Under the pieces are notes generated by a model. That model did not search any database, was not told the DNA's origin, and saw only the letters and a program-made list of their open reading frames with translations. A DNA stretch of 61,098 nt, the filler included, from Asterionella formosa (taxonomy: Eukaryota), in assembly GCA_002256025.1 (NCBI GenBank). It is 7 parts of 7 records of this genome, joined end to end, with 100 filler letters (N's around TTAATTAATTAA, not from the genome) between each part and the next. Parts side by side here need not be neighbours in the genome. Positions count along the whole stretch, not along the records: positions 43,763 to 52,380 come from NKIB01011935.1; positions 52,481 to 61,098 come from NKIB01011936.1; 5 more parts are not named here. One strand, written 5' to 3'. The translations under genes were made by a program, and so were the position numbers. Shown here one piece after another: positions 50,628 through 61,098 of this stretch. Each line of letters opens with the position of its first letter. Position 1 is the stretch's first letter.

Positions 50628-52335
50628 CTCCCTTTGGTTCCAAATAGTTATGGTGATTCTAAAAATTACTCTGGGGCAATTTTGATTCCTTCTCTTTTCT
50701 CCAGTGGTTCATTTGCCCAAATGTGCAAATGTGCGCCATTCATAAAGCAATCGATCTATGTATACTATAAATATAGTTAATTAAAATTGGCAACTAATAC
50801 ATACATTTGAAAAAACTGGCTTCTTCGATTTTCACTTTTGCTCATCTTGAGCAAAATGCAGATGCCTAACCCCCACCCTTTCTTGCCATAACTTAATCTT
50901 AACAAGCGTAGGAAGAGGGGTTTGTCAGTAGAGGGACATCACATGATTCTCGATTATGATTTACAGAAGCTCAAAAGAGATGCAACAGAAGTGACAAAAT
51001 AGATGGTCAGCTTACTTTGCTGCCAGTAACCATCAAATTCTTGGCGCATAGATTAGCTGTTAATAATAGTACCATGCAATGTATATGGAATCATACACTC
51101 CCTTTTAAAATATAGAGTATAGTGACAAATTTCCCTTGCTTCCCTGTAAATACGGGTCCGGTCAATATCGAAAATATAATCATGATAAGGTGATTGCAGT
51201 TATAAAGAAGGAAATTATTCTCCATAAGCGCACTACATATTGTTAGCTGGCCTCATCACTTAATTTGCCAAAATAAACTGTATATTCAATTGCAAAAGAC
51301 AGTTGACTGCGGGATGTGATACAACCTAATACAAATGCTGATGTTCTGAAGTTGACAGAGGAATCCAAGATTACTCGGTTTCTATATTGCGTTATCCATC
51401 TACAGATGAATCACCCAGAACAACTTCACCCTTCACCCAAAGTGGCTTTTGATCAGGAAAGTTTAGGTTTTATGACCTCTTTTTTGATTAGGTTCATGTT
51501 GATTAAAATGGTTCCATGTTAACGAGGTCAAACAGTGATTCTACTTGACTGAGGGAGCAAGGGTACCCATTCGTAGAACTAAAAACAAGGATCACACTGA
51601 AAAGGTGATGTATCTCTCTGCTATCATGCATTGCTTGCCCCAGATACGACGAAAATCAAGTGTGAGCATTCAGTAGCAAGATTGGTCTATGGCCCTTCAT
51701 TCAGCTGACTCCAGCGCTTAGGAATTTGATAAACACATCAGCAGGGACAATGATAACAACAACGAATCTACAGGTTGTTACAAAGGAGAGCTACACATAC
51801 ATGATCATCAACAATGTGATACCAGCGATTTGGGAGAAGTGGTTGGCTGGTGTGAACAGATCTGAGACAATATACATCCAACATGAGAACACAAGCACTC
51901 ATTTCGGACGCAATTATGTTCCCTTTCTAGACACAGCAACTTTGGATGGATGGACTTAAAAGTTAACAGGGCAACTGGCAAACGCAGCAGACATGAATAT
52001 CAATGATTTCAGTTTTTTTCGGGCACTCCAGAGCGGCCAAGCAATGCGATTCAGTGGAGGACTAATCACGATGTGGATGGGTTGGTGGAGAAAGTGATGG
52101 CATTATAGGAATCTTTTGAACGGATGAAATTAAATTGTTTGTAATTCTTACTTTTCATGGAATTCTTGAGGAGGTGATAAACAGACATGGATACAACGAT
52201 TATGACTTACCGCAAATGGGGAAAGCAGCACTAGAGAGACAAAGAATACTACCAGAGCGACTAGAAGCAATTGAGGAGGCGATTGAATTGGTAAGGACTT
52301 TCTTAGGTGACTTAGATGGAGAAGATATGGACTAG
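50628..52335 (+). mobile_element. Degenerate DD39D (plant-type) mariner transposon
   Basis: TA followed by the CTCCCTTTGGTTCCAAATA terminus. Remnants VHVD*KWF (frameshifted), KVMYLSA, KIGLWPF, IYIQHEN..H, QLANAADMNINDFSFFRAL and GYNDYDLPQMGK..LER. Confidence 0.85.
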
Positions 52336-52380
52336 GGGTTGATCGGAATGTCAGTTGGAATTTAGAGTTGGGGGGCAGGG

Positions 52381-52480
52381 NNNNNNNNNNNNNNNNNNNN
52401 NNNNNNNNNNNNNNNNNNNNNNNNTTAATTAATTAANNNNNNNNNNNNNNNNNNNNNNNNNNNNNNNNNNNNNNNNNNNN
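52381..52480. other. Artificial contig spacer
   Basis: N44-TTAATTAATTAA-N44. Confidence 0.98.
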
Positions 52481-52515
52481 GCATTTTACTTTGAATCCTC
52501 AGCATATAGATCGTC

Positions 52516-54006
52516 ATGTCATACTCGTGGGACGACGAAGACCTCAGAAGCCATCGTGGGACGGATGTCTCCAGAAGTAGAGGTCCAGAGGAGGACACCT
52601 TCACTGAGCCGGAGGAACCGATGTTCGTCAACAACAACGAGCCCAAAGCAGCCACTCATCGAAGAGATAAACCCTCCGATAAATCTATCTTTGAAATTGT
52701 CAACAATTTAGGAAATGCAGACAATGCTGATATTCACCCAGCATTGGAACGCCGCATTCGAGATTTCATGTTCACACAGGAGAAGAGGCGAGAAAAGTAT
52801 GGTAGCGCGCGACCGTGGGGTATTTTGGGATTGTATGAGCACTTGGCGTCGATCCGCATTGACTTGGAATGGGCAGAAGATGCGGCGTGGAGGCGACAGA
52901 ACAATGAACCATATCTGTCGTGGTCGGACTTTGACAATGAGAGAGTCAAGGGAAAGAATCGGCCCTTTTTCACTTATTTCATTCTGCTCTTTTGTACGGT
53001 CATGTTGATTGCGTCTATTGGAGTCAACGGTTGGAAGTTTGAACCGCTTTATATTAATCCAATGATTGGACCTTCGGCTGAGACGTTGTTGAAGCTCGGT
53101 GCTAAGCAGTCATCGCTCATTGTGAATGAAGGCCAATGGTACCGTCTTTTTGCTCCTATTGTTTTGCATGCTGGATTTATTCACTTTTTCTTAAATATGC
53201 TGGCACTTTGGTTTGTTGGAAGTGCGATTGAGCAATCTCACGGTATTATCAACGCAGCGATTGCTTTTATCATTGCCGGTGTTGGAGGGACAATCTTATC
53301 TGCGATCTTTTTGCCGCAATACATTAGCGTTGGAGCGTCAGGAGGCATCTTTGGATTCATTGGAATGTGCATATCCGATATTGTCGTTAATTGGAAGTTG
53401 ATCTTTTTGAAGCACGACGGGAAAGAAACAACCTTTCGACATGCCATGGTCTTGCTGTGGTTGGTCCTGGACATCATTATCAACTGTATCATTGGATTGA
53501 CACCATTTGTGGATAACTTCACTCACTTGGGAGGCTTAATTTACGGATTTCTTTGTGGTCTTTCGACTGTGGAACGACTGGAAATAGGCTTCTTTGGTGT
53601 CGCTTCTGGGCCTTGCGCTAAAATACGCAACAATATGATACAATTTGGGGGTCTGATTACCAGCGTCATTTTGATAATGGTGACTACGATCCTCTTGGTT
53701 GAGTCTGGCGGGGGTTCCAGTCCCTGTAATGGATGCAGATACATCTCCTGTGTCCCATTTCCTCCGTGGACCGATAGCAAGTGGTGGTATTGCGACGATT
53801 GCCAATTTGTGAGTGCCGATGCCACAAAGTCAACCAGCGATGCTGCGTACTTTCAAATGCTACATTTGACCTGCCCAGACGGCGCTTTAGAGCACATCAA
53901 CATAACAGCCAGCAAAATCTCTGATCGAAATGTCATTCAACAACATTTGCCTCAATTTTGCCGCCAAAACTGCCAGAATGTGTTCTACAAGAGTACAAGT
54001 ACTTGA
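52516..54006 (+). CDS. Rhomboid-family intramembrane serine protease (S54), 496 aa
   Basis: NPMIGP, WYRL, LHAGFIHFFLN, catalytic GASGG and FTHLGGL motifs, multiple TM segments. Confidence 0.95.
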   Translation: MSYSWDDEDLRSHRGTDVSRSRGPEEDTFTEPEEPMFVNNNEPKAATHRRDKPSDKSIFEIVNNLGNADNADIHPALERRIRDFMFTQEKRREKYGSARPWGILGLYEHLASIRIDLEWAEDAAWRRQNNEPYLSWSDFDNERVKGKNRPFFTYFILLFCTVMLIASIGVNGWKFEPLYINPMIGPSAETLLKLGAKQSSLIVNEGQWYRLFAPIVLHAGFIHFFLNMLALWFVGSAIEQSHGIINAAIAFIIAGVGGTILSAIFLPQYISVGASGGIFGFIGMCISDIVVNWKLIFLKHDGKETTFRHAMVLLWLVLDIIINCIIGLTPFVDNFTHLGGLIYGFLCGLSTVERLEIGFFGVASGPCAKIRNNMIQFGGLITSVILIMVTTILLVESGGGSSPCNGCRYISCVPFPPWTDSKWWYCDDCQFVSADATKSTSDAAYFQMLHLTCPDGALEHINITASKISDRNVIQQHLPQFCRQNCQNVFYKSTST

Positions 54007-54661
54007 TTTTAGATGAAACCGGGCAAGTTTGACTCACTTTGGGAAGAGTCGGTTACCCCAATTTAAGACAAGTACGTGGCCATNNNNNNNNNNNNNNNNN
54101 NNNNNNNNNNNNNNNNNNNNNNNNNNNNNNNNNNNNNNNNNNNNNNNNNNNNNNNNNNNNNNNNNNNNNNNNNNNNNNNNNNNNNNNNNNNNNNNNNNNN
54201 NNNNNNNNNNNNNNNNNNNNNNNNNNNNNNNNNNNNNNNNNNNNNNNNNNNNNNNNNNNNNNNNNNNNNNNNNNNNNNNNNNNNNNNNNNNNNNNNNNNN
54301 NNNNNNNNNNNNNNNNNNNNNNNNNNNNNNNNNNNNNNNNNNNNNNNNNNNNNNNNNNNNNNNNNNNNNNNNNNNNNNNNNNNNNNNNNNNNNNNNNNNN
54401 NNNNNNNNNNNNNNNNNNNNNNNNNNNNNNNNNNNNNNNNNNNNNNNNNNNNNNNNNNNNNNNNNNNNNNNNNNNNNNNNNNNNNNNNNNNNNNNNNNNN
54501 NNNNNNNNNNNNNNNNNNNNNNNNNNNNNNNNNNNNNNAGGACGACAAAATCTTAAGTCGCGCTAGAATTAATCAAGAACGAGAAGATAACAATTCTTTC
54601 CTTTTTAACAAACGGTAACAAAATAGCTTTGGCAACAAAAGCGAACTCGTTAATTATTGAA

Positions 54662-57209
54662 CTACAATCCTCGCCTCTCATCCATCGGAATATCGTTGAT
54701 ATCCATATCAATCTCCCAGTCGTAGGTAATGTGTTTCCACTTCGTGTCCAGAAGTCTTGCGACTTCAGCCTCGCATCCCTTCAACCGAGACCTATTCAAG
54801 GGCAACATATGTCTGGTGAAATGCTGCTTGTTCGAAGTTATACTGCAAAATTCGTAAAATCAACTTACCTAACATATTCAGCCAGTCTCGGAGTCAAGGG
54901 AAGCCCTATTGAATCCAAATTCTCGGATGCATATTGAAATGCTTGATTGACACATTGCGATGCCACTTCAACAGCTTGCTGGCGCTCGCGACTATCTTGA
55001 TTACTCTCTTCCTCAAATCCCACCATTCTAGCCTTGCTCTTTTCAACTTCTTGCCTTGGCGGCGGGGATAATGCCAGATTTCCGAGAATTCGTGTTCCTC
55101 CAAACGCAGATGAAAACTTTGAAAGTTCCGAATCACACCACAGAACGATCGAGGCCAGTGCTCCGGGAGGCACATTACGAGAGGCTGCCGTCATCAATGA
55201 TTGATCATCGAAACTGGGATCGCTTTCAAGACCATGAGGCTGCGCCCCAGCTTCTAACGAATGCAGGAATAAATCCAAAAAACCTTCTACAGACCCAGCT
55301 AGACAAGAAAAAAAACTCTGGCTCAATTGTGCTGCATAAATGACGAGGTCGACGTTGCCAGTTCCTGAAATTGGGCGTTCATGAAGACTTTCCAATAATA
55401 ATAACGACCTCCTTGCTGCGTAAGCTGTAGCTGCTTCTTGAGTCTTCCCAAGCTTCACCAATAATTGCAGAGGAATCAGATCATCATGCAGACAACAAGG
55501 AGAAACCATGGGAGCCATCAGTGAATGTGGATCTGCACGTTCTCTCTTTCCAGCCTGCTTGAGAGCTTCATTCTTTCGGCGAAGACTTTCAACGAGTCTA
55601 TTGCTCATGCGTTCTGCTAGAGCTTCTAGGTTACTAAGGATATTCATCAAGTTGGCGTGCTGTTTCCTGGTCAGCTTGTTATCCGTCGGTCGCTCGTGCT
55701 ACACGCAAGAATTGGGTTAGTCAGGAAAATTGACCAACGTAGACAAAAAGTCATTTAACTACTCACCAAAGTTAGAGTCTCATTGACCTCATTTTTTGCC
55801 TTGAACAATAAGCTTGTAGCATCACTGTATCTGCTCTCTTTGATAAAGGCTGCAATTTCTTCACTGACATCATCGAGCCAAGGTGGAATCTCAAAGTTTT
55901 GATTTTCCTGTGGTTCCTCGTCGTCGACTACACCAGTTCGCATAGTCTTTTGTTTCGTCCTAGCTCCCTCGTCAGAAGACAAACTGCTTGCGTCACTGTG
56001 ATCGTCTTCATCATCCATATCCTGTTGGGTCACAAGTATGCGACGGCGACGAGGTTTGCGCCCCCCTAGTCGAAGATGAGGTAGATCCATCATATCATCA
56101 TCTTCGCTGTTCAATGAGTCCACTTCACCGTCCACAAAAACAGCCGTGAAATCGATTTCCTTCATCTCCTTGATTATTTCATTTTGCGATTCCACCATTG
56201 CCTTCAAGGAGGCCACTTCCTTGCCCATTGTTGTCATTTCCCGCGATGCTTCCACGAAGTACTCGTATTGCTCCAATACAGCACCACGCAATCCTCGTTT
56301 GATGTTTGCTTGCCACTGTTCAAGCTCATCAATCTTTGCACCAGCTTGAAAGTCGTTGTTGGTAGAAAAGAACTCACTGATCCAATCATCATCGTGAAAG
56401 TCCACAACGGCAAATTCTTTGCATGCAACTTCCATCTCCTTTTCCTGCATCATCTCCTCCGCATCGTCATCTGGAGCGTTCAATCTTGCCGCTCGCTTAC
56501 GGGCAGCCGTGCGAGCCAAAGCCTTTGGTCCAACCTCTTGCACATCCTGTATGCTGCCGTCGTTTGGAGAAGATCGCCGGATGCTGGTATTGGGGCGAAG
56601 TTTCGTGTCTTGTGAGGTGATATCTGCCCGCATCCTCAAGGCTGAAACCCACTGTTCACGGAGGGCTAGAGATTCTGCCACCAAGAATGCAGCAGGTCGA
56701 GTTTCGCCTCTCGCTCCCTCATCGGGAACATGGATCAAAACAAACTCATATCCATTTTTGGCATCGGTGGGGGCATGTTCACGAAAGACACGACGACCTC
56801 CAGGAGGGAGGGCGACATCAACTTTATCCAGGGGCACCACTCCCAGCGGAGGAGCATGGTAGGACACAAAGTGGCCATCGACATGATCATCAACATCTTC
56901 AACGTCGAAATAAAATAGGAATCCTCCCCGCACACACACGTGACGAACGGGGAATTTGAGGCCGTCTGGTCCGGCATCTTCGCAAAAGCGCATCGTGGTG
57001 TCATCAGGAGGATCCGGCAATTCATCATAGTCCAAAACACGCGTCATGTCTGTAAGTGCAAAGGGTCGAAAAGACTTCTCCACTTGAGGACGACCTGTTT
57101 CCGTATTTTTTCGGGTCAATACAGAGATCCGCGGCAGAAAGCGATCCACATGCGATGAATCCGCTTGAAATGCGACCTTTTCTTCGCTGAACACTGCGCC
57201 AACACTCAT
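54662..57209 (-). CDS. EXO84: Exocyst subunit Exo84-like protein (~800 aa) with N-terminal PH-like domain; 3 exons (57209-55767, 55698-54869, 54791-54662)
   Basis: Introns 55766-55699 (GTGAGT..CTAAC..TAG) and 54868-54792 (GTAAGT..TAG) give an open 801-codon frame. Vps51-type segment LRGAVLEQYEYFVEASREM; Exo84-type WLDDVSEEIAAFIKESRY and LLVKLG..A..RRS. Confidence 0.75.
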
Positions 57210-57408
57210 TCTTGGTTTCCCTATGCTTACAGATCGATGTACGGTAGTTGCAGCTTCGCAAATAGGTCTGATGTTGATACAACCCGACAATGCTATCGGC
57301 TTGGCTCGCCACACTACGATTCTTCGTCGTCTTTGTTTCAGCTACCGGCCGGCGTTTTCGTTTGTCGTACAACTTTAGACGAACGTAGTTCAGGCGGGCT
57401 TCAGGTCG

Positions 57409-57668
57409 TACCGATACCAGGTGTTGGTAGCAGCGTGGTCCCAGCGACTCGGGTATGGTACCTGGTACCCTGGTACCAGGTACTCCATAAATGCTGGCAT
57501 CAGGGTAACGTACCTTGTTACCAGGTACCTGGTACCTGGTACCCTGGTACCTGGTACCGGTATCATCATCGAGGAATCGTTGACATCAGGGAAGGACTAC
57601 CAGTACCGGGATCATATGTAAACCGGTACTCCGGTACCACCAGGTACAACTGGGACTACCAGTACCAG
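57409..57668. repeat. Dense array of TA-[CC..GG]-TA units between divergent genes
   Basis: 57519-57562 parses as TA-CCAGG-TA-CCTGG-TA-CCTGG-TA-CCCTGG-TA-CCTGG-TA-CCGG-TA. Confidence 0.9.
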
Positions 57669-58240
57669 GGAGCGACCCCCAGGGAGTGGATCCATGTGAG
57701 ATGTTCTCAAGAAGGAGGAGCAGGCAGTCCTACAAGTCGTGTGTGCATATGTTGTACATCGTACAATAAAAAACTAAACTTCTAACGATGGTCTACCCGT
57801 AGTCCATATATGCACTATGTACATACTATTCAATATTTGTTTTCTAACTAAATACATTGAATACATGTGATTAACCCCTTAAGCGAAAAGAAAAGATAAA
57901 CGTATTTGTATATGTATTTGATGTTATCAGATTATTCAAATTATGTTCACCTAACATAATTGGATATCGAAAAGTATGGATTGAACTGTTCTAAGTACAA
58001 TGTCCGCAACCGAAGGATGCCCAATTAGTATACAGTCACGAAGAGGAACAAGAAAAAATGGATTACAAAGCCTACGCCAACGAAGCAAAGCAAAAAAGAA
58101 CAAATAGATCGTCGTCTGATGATAGAAGAACGACATATACCAGACGAAGTGTCATGCCATAGGATCTAACGGAAGGAAGGATTACAAATATTGATCGTAA
58201 TACAACAGAAACCCCGATGTGGGGAATGTTAACAGCCATA

Positions 58241-59650
58241 ATGCGGCCCACCATCCCAGACTGGCTGGAGGAGCTAGGTCAGAGTCTCGTAGACAACGAT
58301 CCGAACTTGACAACTGTAGAAATAACACATCAACGAATTGATGACTCCATGGCGAGGTACCTCGCGCAATCACTAGAAGAAAATCACACAGTAACCGTCT
58401 TTATTTTATCAATGTATTCCATTGTCGATGATGGTGCCGTGGCAATTGCAGCCATGTTGAGTAGCAACACGACGATTCAAAAGATCCAGTTTCGCGACAT
58501 TCGCGACAGCCGAGAAGCAGTGCTTCTCTTTGCGGCTATAGCTTCAAGTGACACAATCACAGAATTCAGCCTCAGGCACTGCTGCCTTTGCCAAAGAGGA
58601 GCATCAGCCTTGTCCGCCATGATTCAACATCACTCATCCATTCGAGAGCTTCGGCTGGTGGACAGTCCCATGACACAGGATGGCATTCGTGAGGTGGCCA
58701 GGGGCCTGTCCACAAATAAAGAGGTTAAACGACTGTACCTGGTAAATAATGAGATTGGATCTGGTGGGGCTTTTGCAATTGGTTCGATGCTGAGCAAGAA
58801 CACAGGTATTCAAGAAATTTATGTTTGCGAGAATGAAATTGGAAATGCAGGTACATATTCACTATGTCAAGGCCTCCTCGACAATGTCCACGTGCGTTTA
58901 GTCGACTTGCGATCCAATAACATCAGCGACGATGGGGCGTTACACGTCAGTTCGCTCCTCAAAACAAACAAAACTGTCGTACGAGTCCTATTGGGCAATA
59001 ATGACTTAGGTGATGCAGGAGTTTCGTCGATTTCAGCCAGTCTCGCAACAAATGCTTTCACCCTATCTCTGGATCTCAGCGGCAATAATGTTTCGTTTGT
59101 AGGTGCTGATTCACTAGCATCAATGCTGCGAACAAACGCGTGCTTGCAAGAACTAAATCTTGCATTCAACAACATCGGTGACACTGGAGCTTCCTCAATT
59201 GCTAACGCATTGGAGTTCAACAAGACGCTCAGGTGGCTCTCAGTCCGTAGGAACAAAATCGGCAACGACGGAGCCACGGCATTTGCAAAATCGCTGCCTT
59301 CTATGCGTGGTATCAAAGAGCTCATCATGATCAAGAATTGCATTGATCAGGATGGCGTTAACAAATTGCTGAAGGGACTTCAATGCAATATGGAACTTGA
59401 GAATTTCCATTTGGACGAAATTGGTCTGTCCGACAAGGTGCTCCACGAGATTGCCCATTGGATCAGACTTAACCGTGCAAGGCGGGCGATCGTTCGTGAA
59501 ACGAACTTGGACCATAGACTGTGGGCTCATGTGCTTGCGAAACCGTCGGTGAATAAAAACCACGATGTGCTCTTCTACTTTCTCGTTGAGAAGCCGGAGG
59601 CCTTTCAACAGCGAAGAAAGAGAAAACTGGAAGGAAACAGTCCTATTTAG
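58241..59650 (+). CDS. RNI-type (NLRC3-like) leucine-rich-repeat protein
   Basis: 28-aa repeats LxxLxLxxNxIGDxGAxxIAxxLxxN. The start could also be 58217. Confidence 0.9.
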   Translation: MRPTIPDWLEELGQSLVDNDPNLTTVEITHQRIDDSMARYLAQSLEENHTVTVFILSMYSIVDDGAVAIAAMLSSNTTIQKIQFRDIRDSREAVLLFAAIASSDTITEFSLRHCCLCQRGASALSAMIQHHSSIRELRLVDSPMTQDGIREVARGLSTNKEVKRLYLVNNEIGSGGAFAIGSMLSKNTGIQEIYVCENEIGNAGTYSLCQGLLDNVHVRLVDLRSNNISDDGALHVSSLLKTNKTVVRVLLGNNDLGDAGVSSISASLATNAFTLSLDLSGNNVSFVGADSLASMLRTNACLQELNLAFNNIGDTGASSIANALEFNKTLRWLSVRRNKIGNDGATAFAKSLPSMRGIKELIMIKNCIDQDGVNKLLKGLQCNMELENFHLDEIGLSDKVLHEIAHWIRLNRARRAIVRETNLDHRLWAHVLAKPSVNKNHDVLFYFLVEKPEAFQQRRKRKLEGNSPI

Positions 59651-59836
59651 TCACCAAATTTTGAGAGAGTTATCACTCGTTAATGCATATATTTTCGACA
59701 CTACTTTACAAAAGAAAAGTGGTGAATGAAAAGATGAAACGAGACGAGTATAATTAATCGTGATGTAGTTTCATCATTTTTTATGTGCAATGATTGTGTT
59801 TTTCTTCCCACACTGACAGTGCTTTGCCATATAGAG

Positions 59837-60982
59837 TTAGGCTTTTAAACTAAGAAGCATGGTGTAGGAAGCATCTTCAATGGCGCCTTTTGTTTGTTCC
59901 ACAGCATAGAGAATGGAGTCGTCCATGACTTTACTAGCTTGGGAAACGGCGCTTCGCATTGCATCCGTGGCAGCAACTGCAACCGACGCAATCACAGTTG
60001 ATGCTTCCGTGAGTGCATCTAGAGTAACGCCCGATTGAAGAGTATTTCCATTGAAAACCAGATTTCCATTTGCATCTTTCAAATTGACAGCGGTTTCCCA
60101 AATGGAAATTCCAAAACCCTCGAATGCTTTGTAAATGCTTGACGACACATCACTGAGGCAGTCCTTAGCGTTACTACCACAGTTGCCAAGCTTGACATGT
60201 GCCTCTGCTTTAAACCAGCAATTGTCAGCAAGGAGTACCTTGCTCGAAGAATTAACGTCTTCCGATTCCCAGTCCAATTGCTCATTTGTCTCAACCCAAA
60301 TATCCTCGACCTGTTTGGCTTGCCAGTCGTTCCACGACGCATCAATCGCATGGGCTTTGTCTAGACCATCCAGCTGTCCTTGAATCAAGGTCATCTCATA
60401 TTGGATGTCGAGAGCGAATGTACGCCAGGAGTTTCGATTCCAAGCAAGAAAGATCACTGCCGCCGTCAAGGCAACACACACTATAGACAAAGCGACGATG
60501 ATGTGTTTGACGACAACTGTTTTATTGATAGTAGCTGTTTCCAACTCGGACGCTTCACTTGTATTCTCATTTGATTCTGGAGGCAACAATGAGTTGTTAG
60601 CGCTTACCCCTCTTGTGAAGGTTACGTCGATACTTCCAATGTCGGTTGGTAACGAATAATCCGTACCAGGAAGTGACAAACCCGTAGCAGTCTTGTCAAG
60701 GAGGGACAAACTTGAACTAACTTTTCCCGATTCGTCTTCGTCGCCACTCACAATGAGTACACCTACAGTATTCCCAAAGGATTCTTCATCAGAATAAACG
60801 GAAGATTCTTCATCCCGAATCATTCCCCAGTCTGCACTTGTCACTACACTTATTTCGTCTTTTTGATCACGTGCCAAGATGTTGCTCGTTCGTGGGGTTG
60901 GCATAACAGTGAAGGAAAAATCAACACTGCTCACGTCTGAGGTTCCGTCGCCTTCCATGTTCTGCTTCTGGGGCGTTAACAT
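59837..60982 (-). CDS. Hypothetical single-pass membrane protein (381 aa)
   Basis: Long ORF with a Ser/Asp-rich N-terminus and one TM helix (IIVALSIVCVALTAAVIFLAW). Confidence 0.75.
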   Translation of the reverse strand: MLTPQKQNMEGDGTSDVSSVDFSFTVMPTPRTSNILARDQKDEISVVTSADWGMIRDEESSVYSDEESFGNTVGVLIVSGDEDESGKVSSSLSLLDKTATGLSLPGTDYSLPTDIGSIDVTFTRGVSANNSLLPPESNENTSEASELETATINKTVVVKHIIVALSIVCVALTAAVIFLAWNRNSWRTFALDIQYEMTLIQGQLDGLDKAHAIDASWNDWQAKQVEDIWVETNEQLDWESEDVNSSSKVLLADNCWFKAEAHVKLGNCGSNAKDCLSDVSSSIYKAFEGFGISIWETAVNLKDANGNLVFNGNTLQSGVTLDALTEASTVIASVAVAATDAMRSAVSQASKVMDDSILYAVEQTKGAIEDASYTMLLSLKA

Positions 60983-61098
60983 GATCTGCTATGCTGGGAT
61001 GTCTATCCTTGAGTCGAGAACAGGATGTGCCTTGCGGCCAGAATTACTACTGACACCAAGAATTATTGAACGTCTCGAGAACAAATGCAACGCGGCAA

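Noticed and set aside
54029..54618. ORFs spanning 54084-54538
   Set aside because: Artefacts of an N gap.
57409..57668. CRISPR array or telomeric repeat
   Set aside because: No constant 23-50 bp repeat with unique spacers. Units are 6-8 bp in mixed orientation and interstitial, and the context is eukaryotic.
57165..57785. ORFs rich in VPGTWY/YQVPG (also 10875, 19657, 23469, 26467, 48001)
   Set aside because: Translations of the TA-CCWGG-TA motif patches, not proteins.
52516..60982. Rhomboid, Exo84, LRR and membrane protein as a functional cluster
   Set aside because: Ordinary gene-dense eukaryotic region with mixed orientations and no evidence of a shared pathway.

Overview
Eukaryotic, almost certainly diatom, draft-genome sequence. 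Evidence: short GT-AG introns, a diatom-type (CoDi) Ty1/copia RT remnant, and a silaffin-like KXXK protein. The window is not one locus. It is seven unrelated contigs sorted by length (8656, 8654, 8653, 8650, 8649, 8618, 8618 bp) and joined by 100-bp N44-TTAATTAATTAA-N44 spacers, so neighbourhood across spacers is meaningless. Host genes: two SAM-methyltransferases, a secreted four-repeat (SEA-like) protein, a SPRY protein, a rearranged P2B-ATPase fragment, a secreted silaffin-like protein, a rhomboid protease, an Exo84-like exocyst subunit, an RNI-type LRR protein and two hypothetical proteins. The rest is mostly decayed transposons. Most notable signals: (1) pervasive TA-[CC..GG/CAG/CTG/CG]-TA micro-insertions, shown to be insertions by comparing paralogous copies, which resemble stacked Tc1/mariner excision footprints and cluster upstream of genes; (2) a complete 620-bp TRIM-type mini LTR retroelement nested in a PIF/Harbinger-type MITE, with the empty site visible in another copy; (3) a two-copy tRNA-headed SINE-like element; (4) a candidate silica-biomineralisation protein. 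All family assignments come from motif recognition by eye, without database searches.
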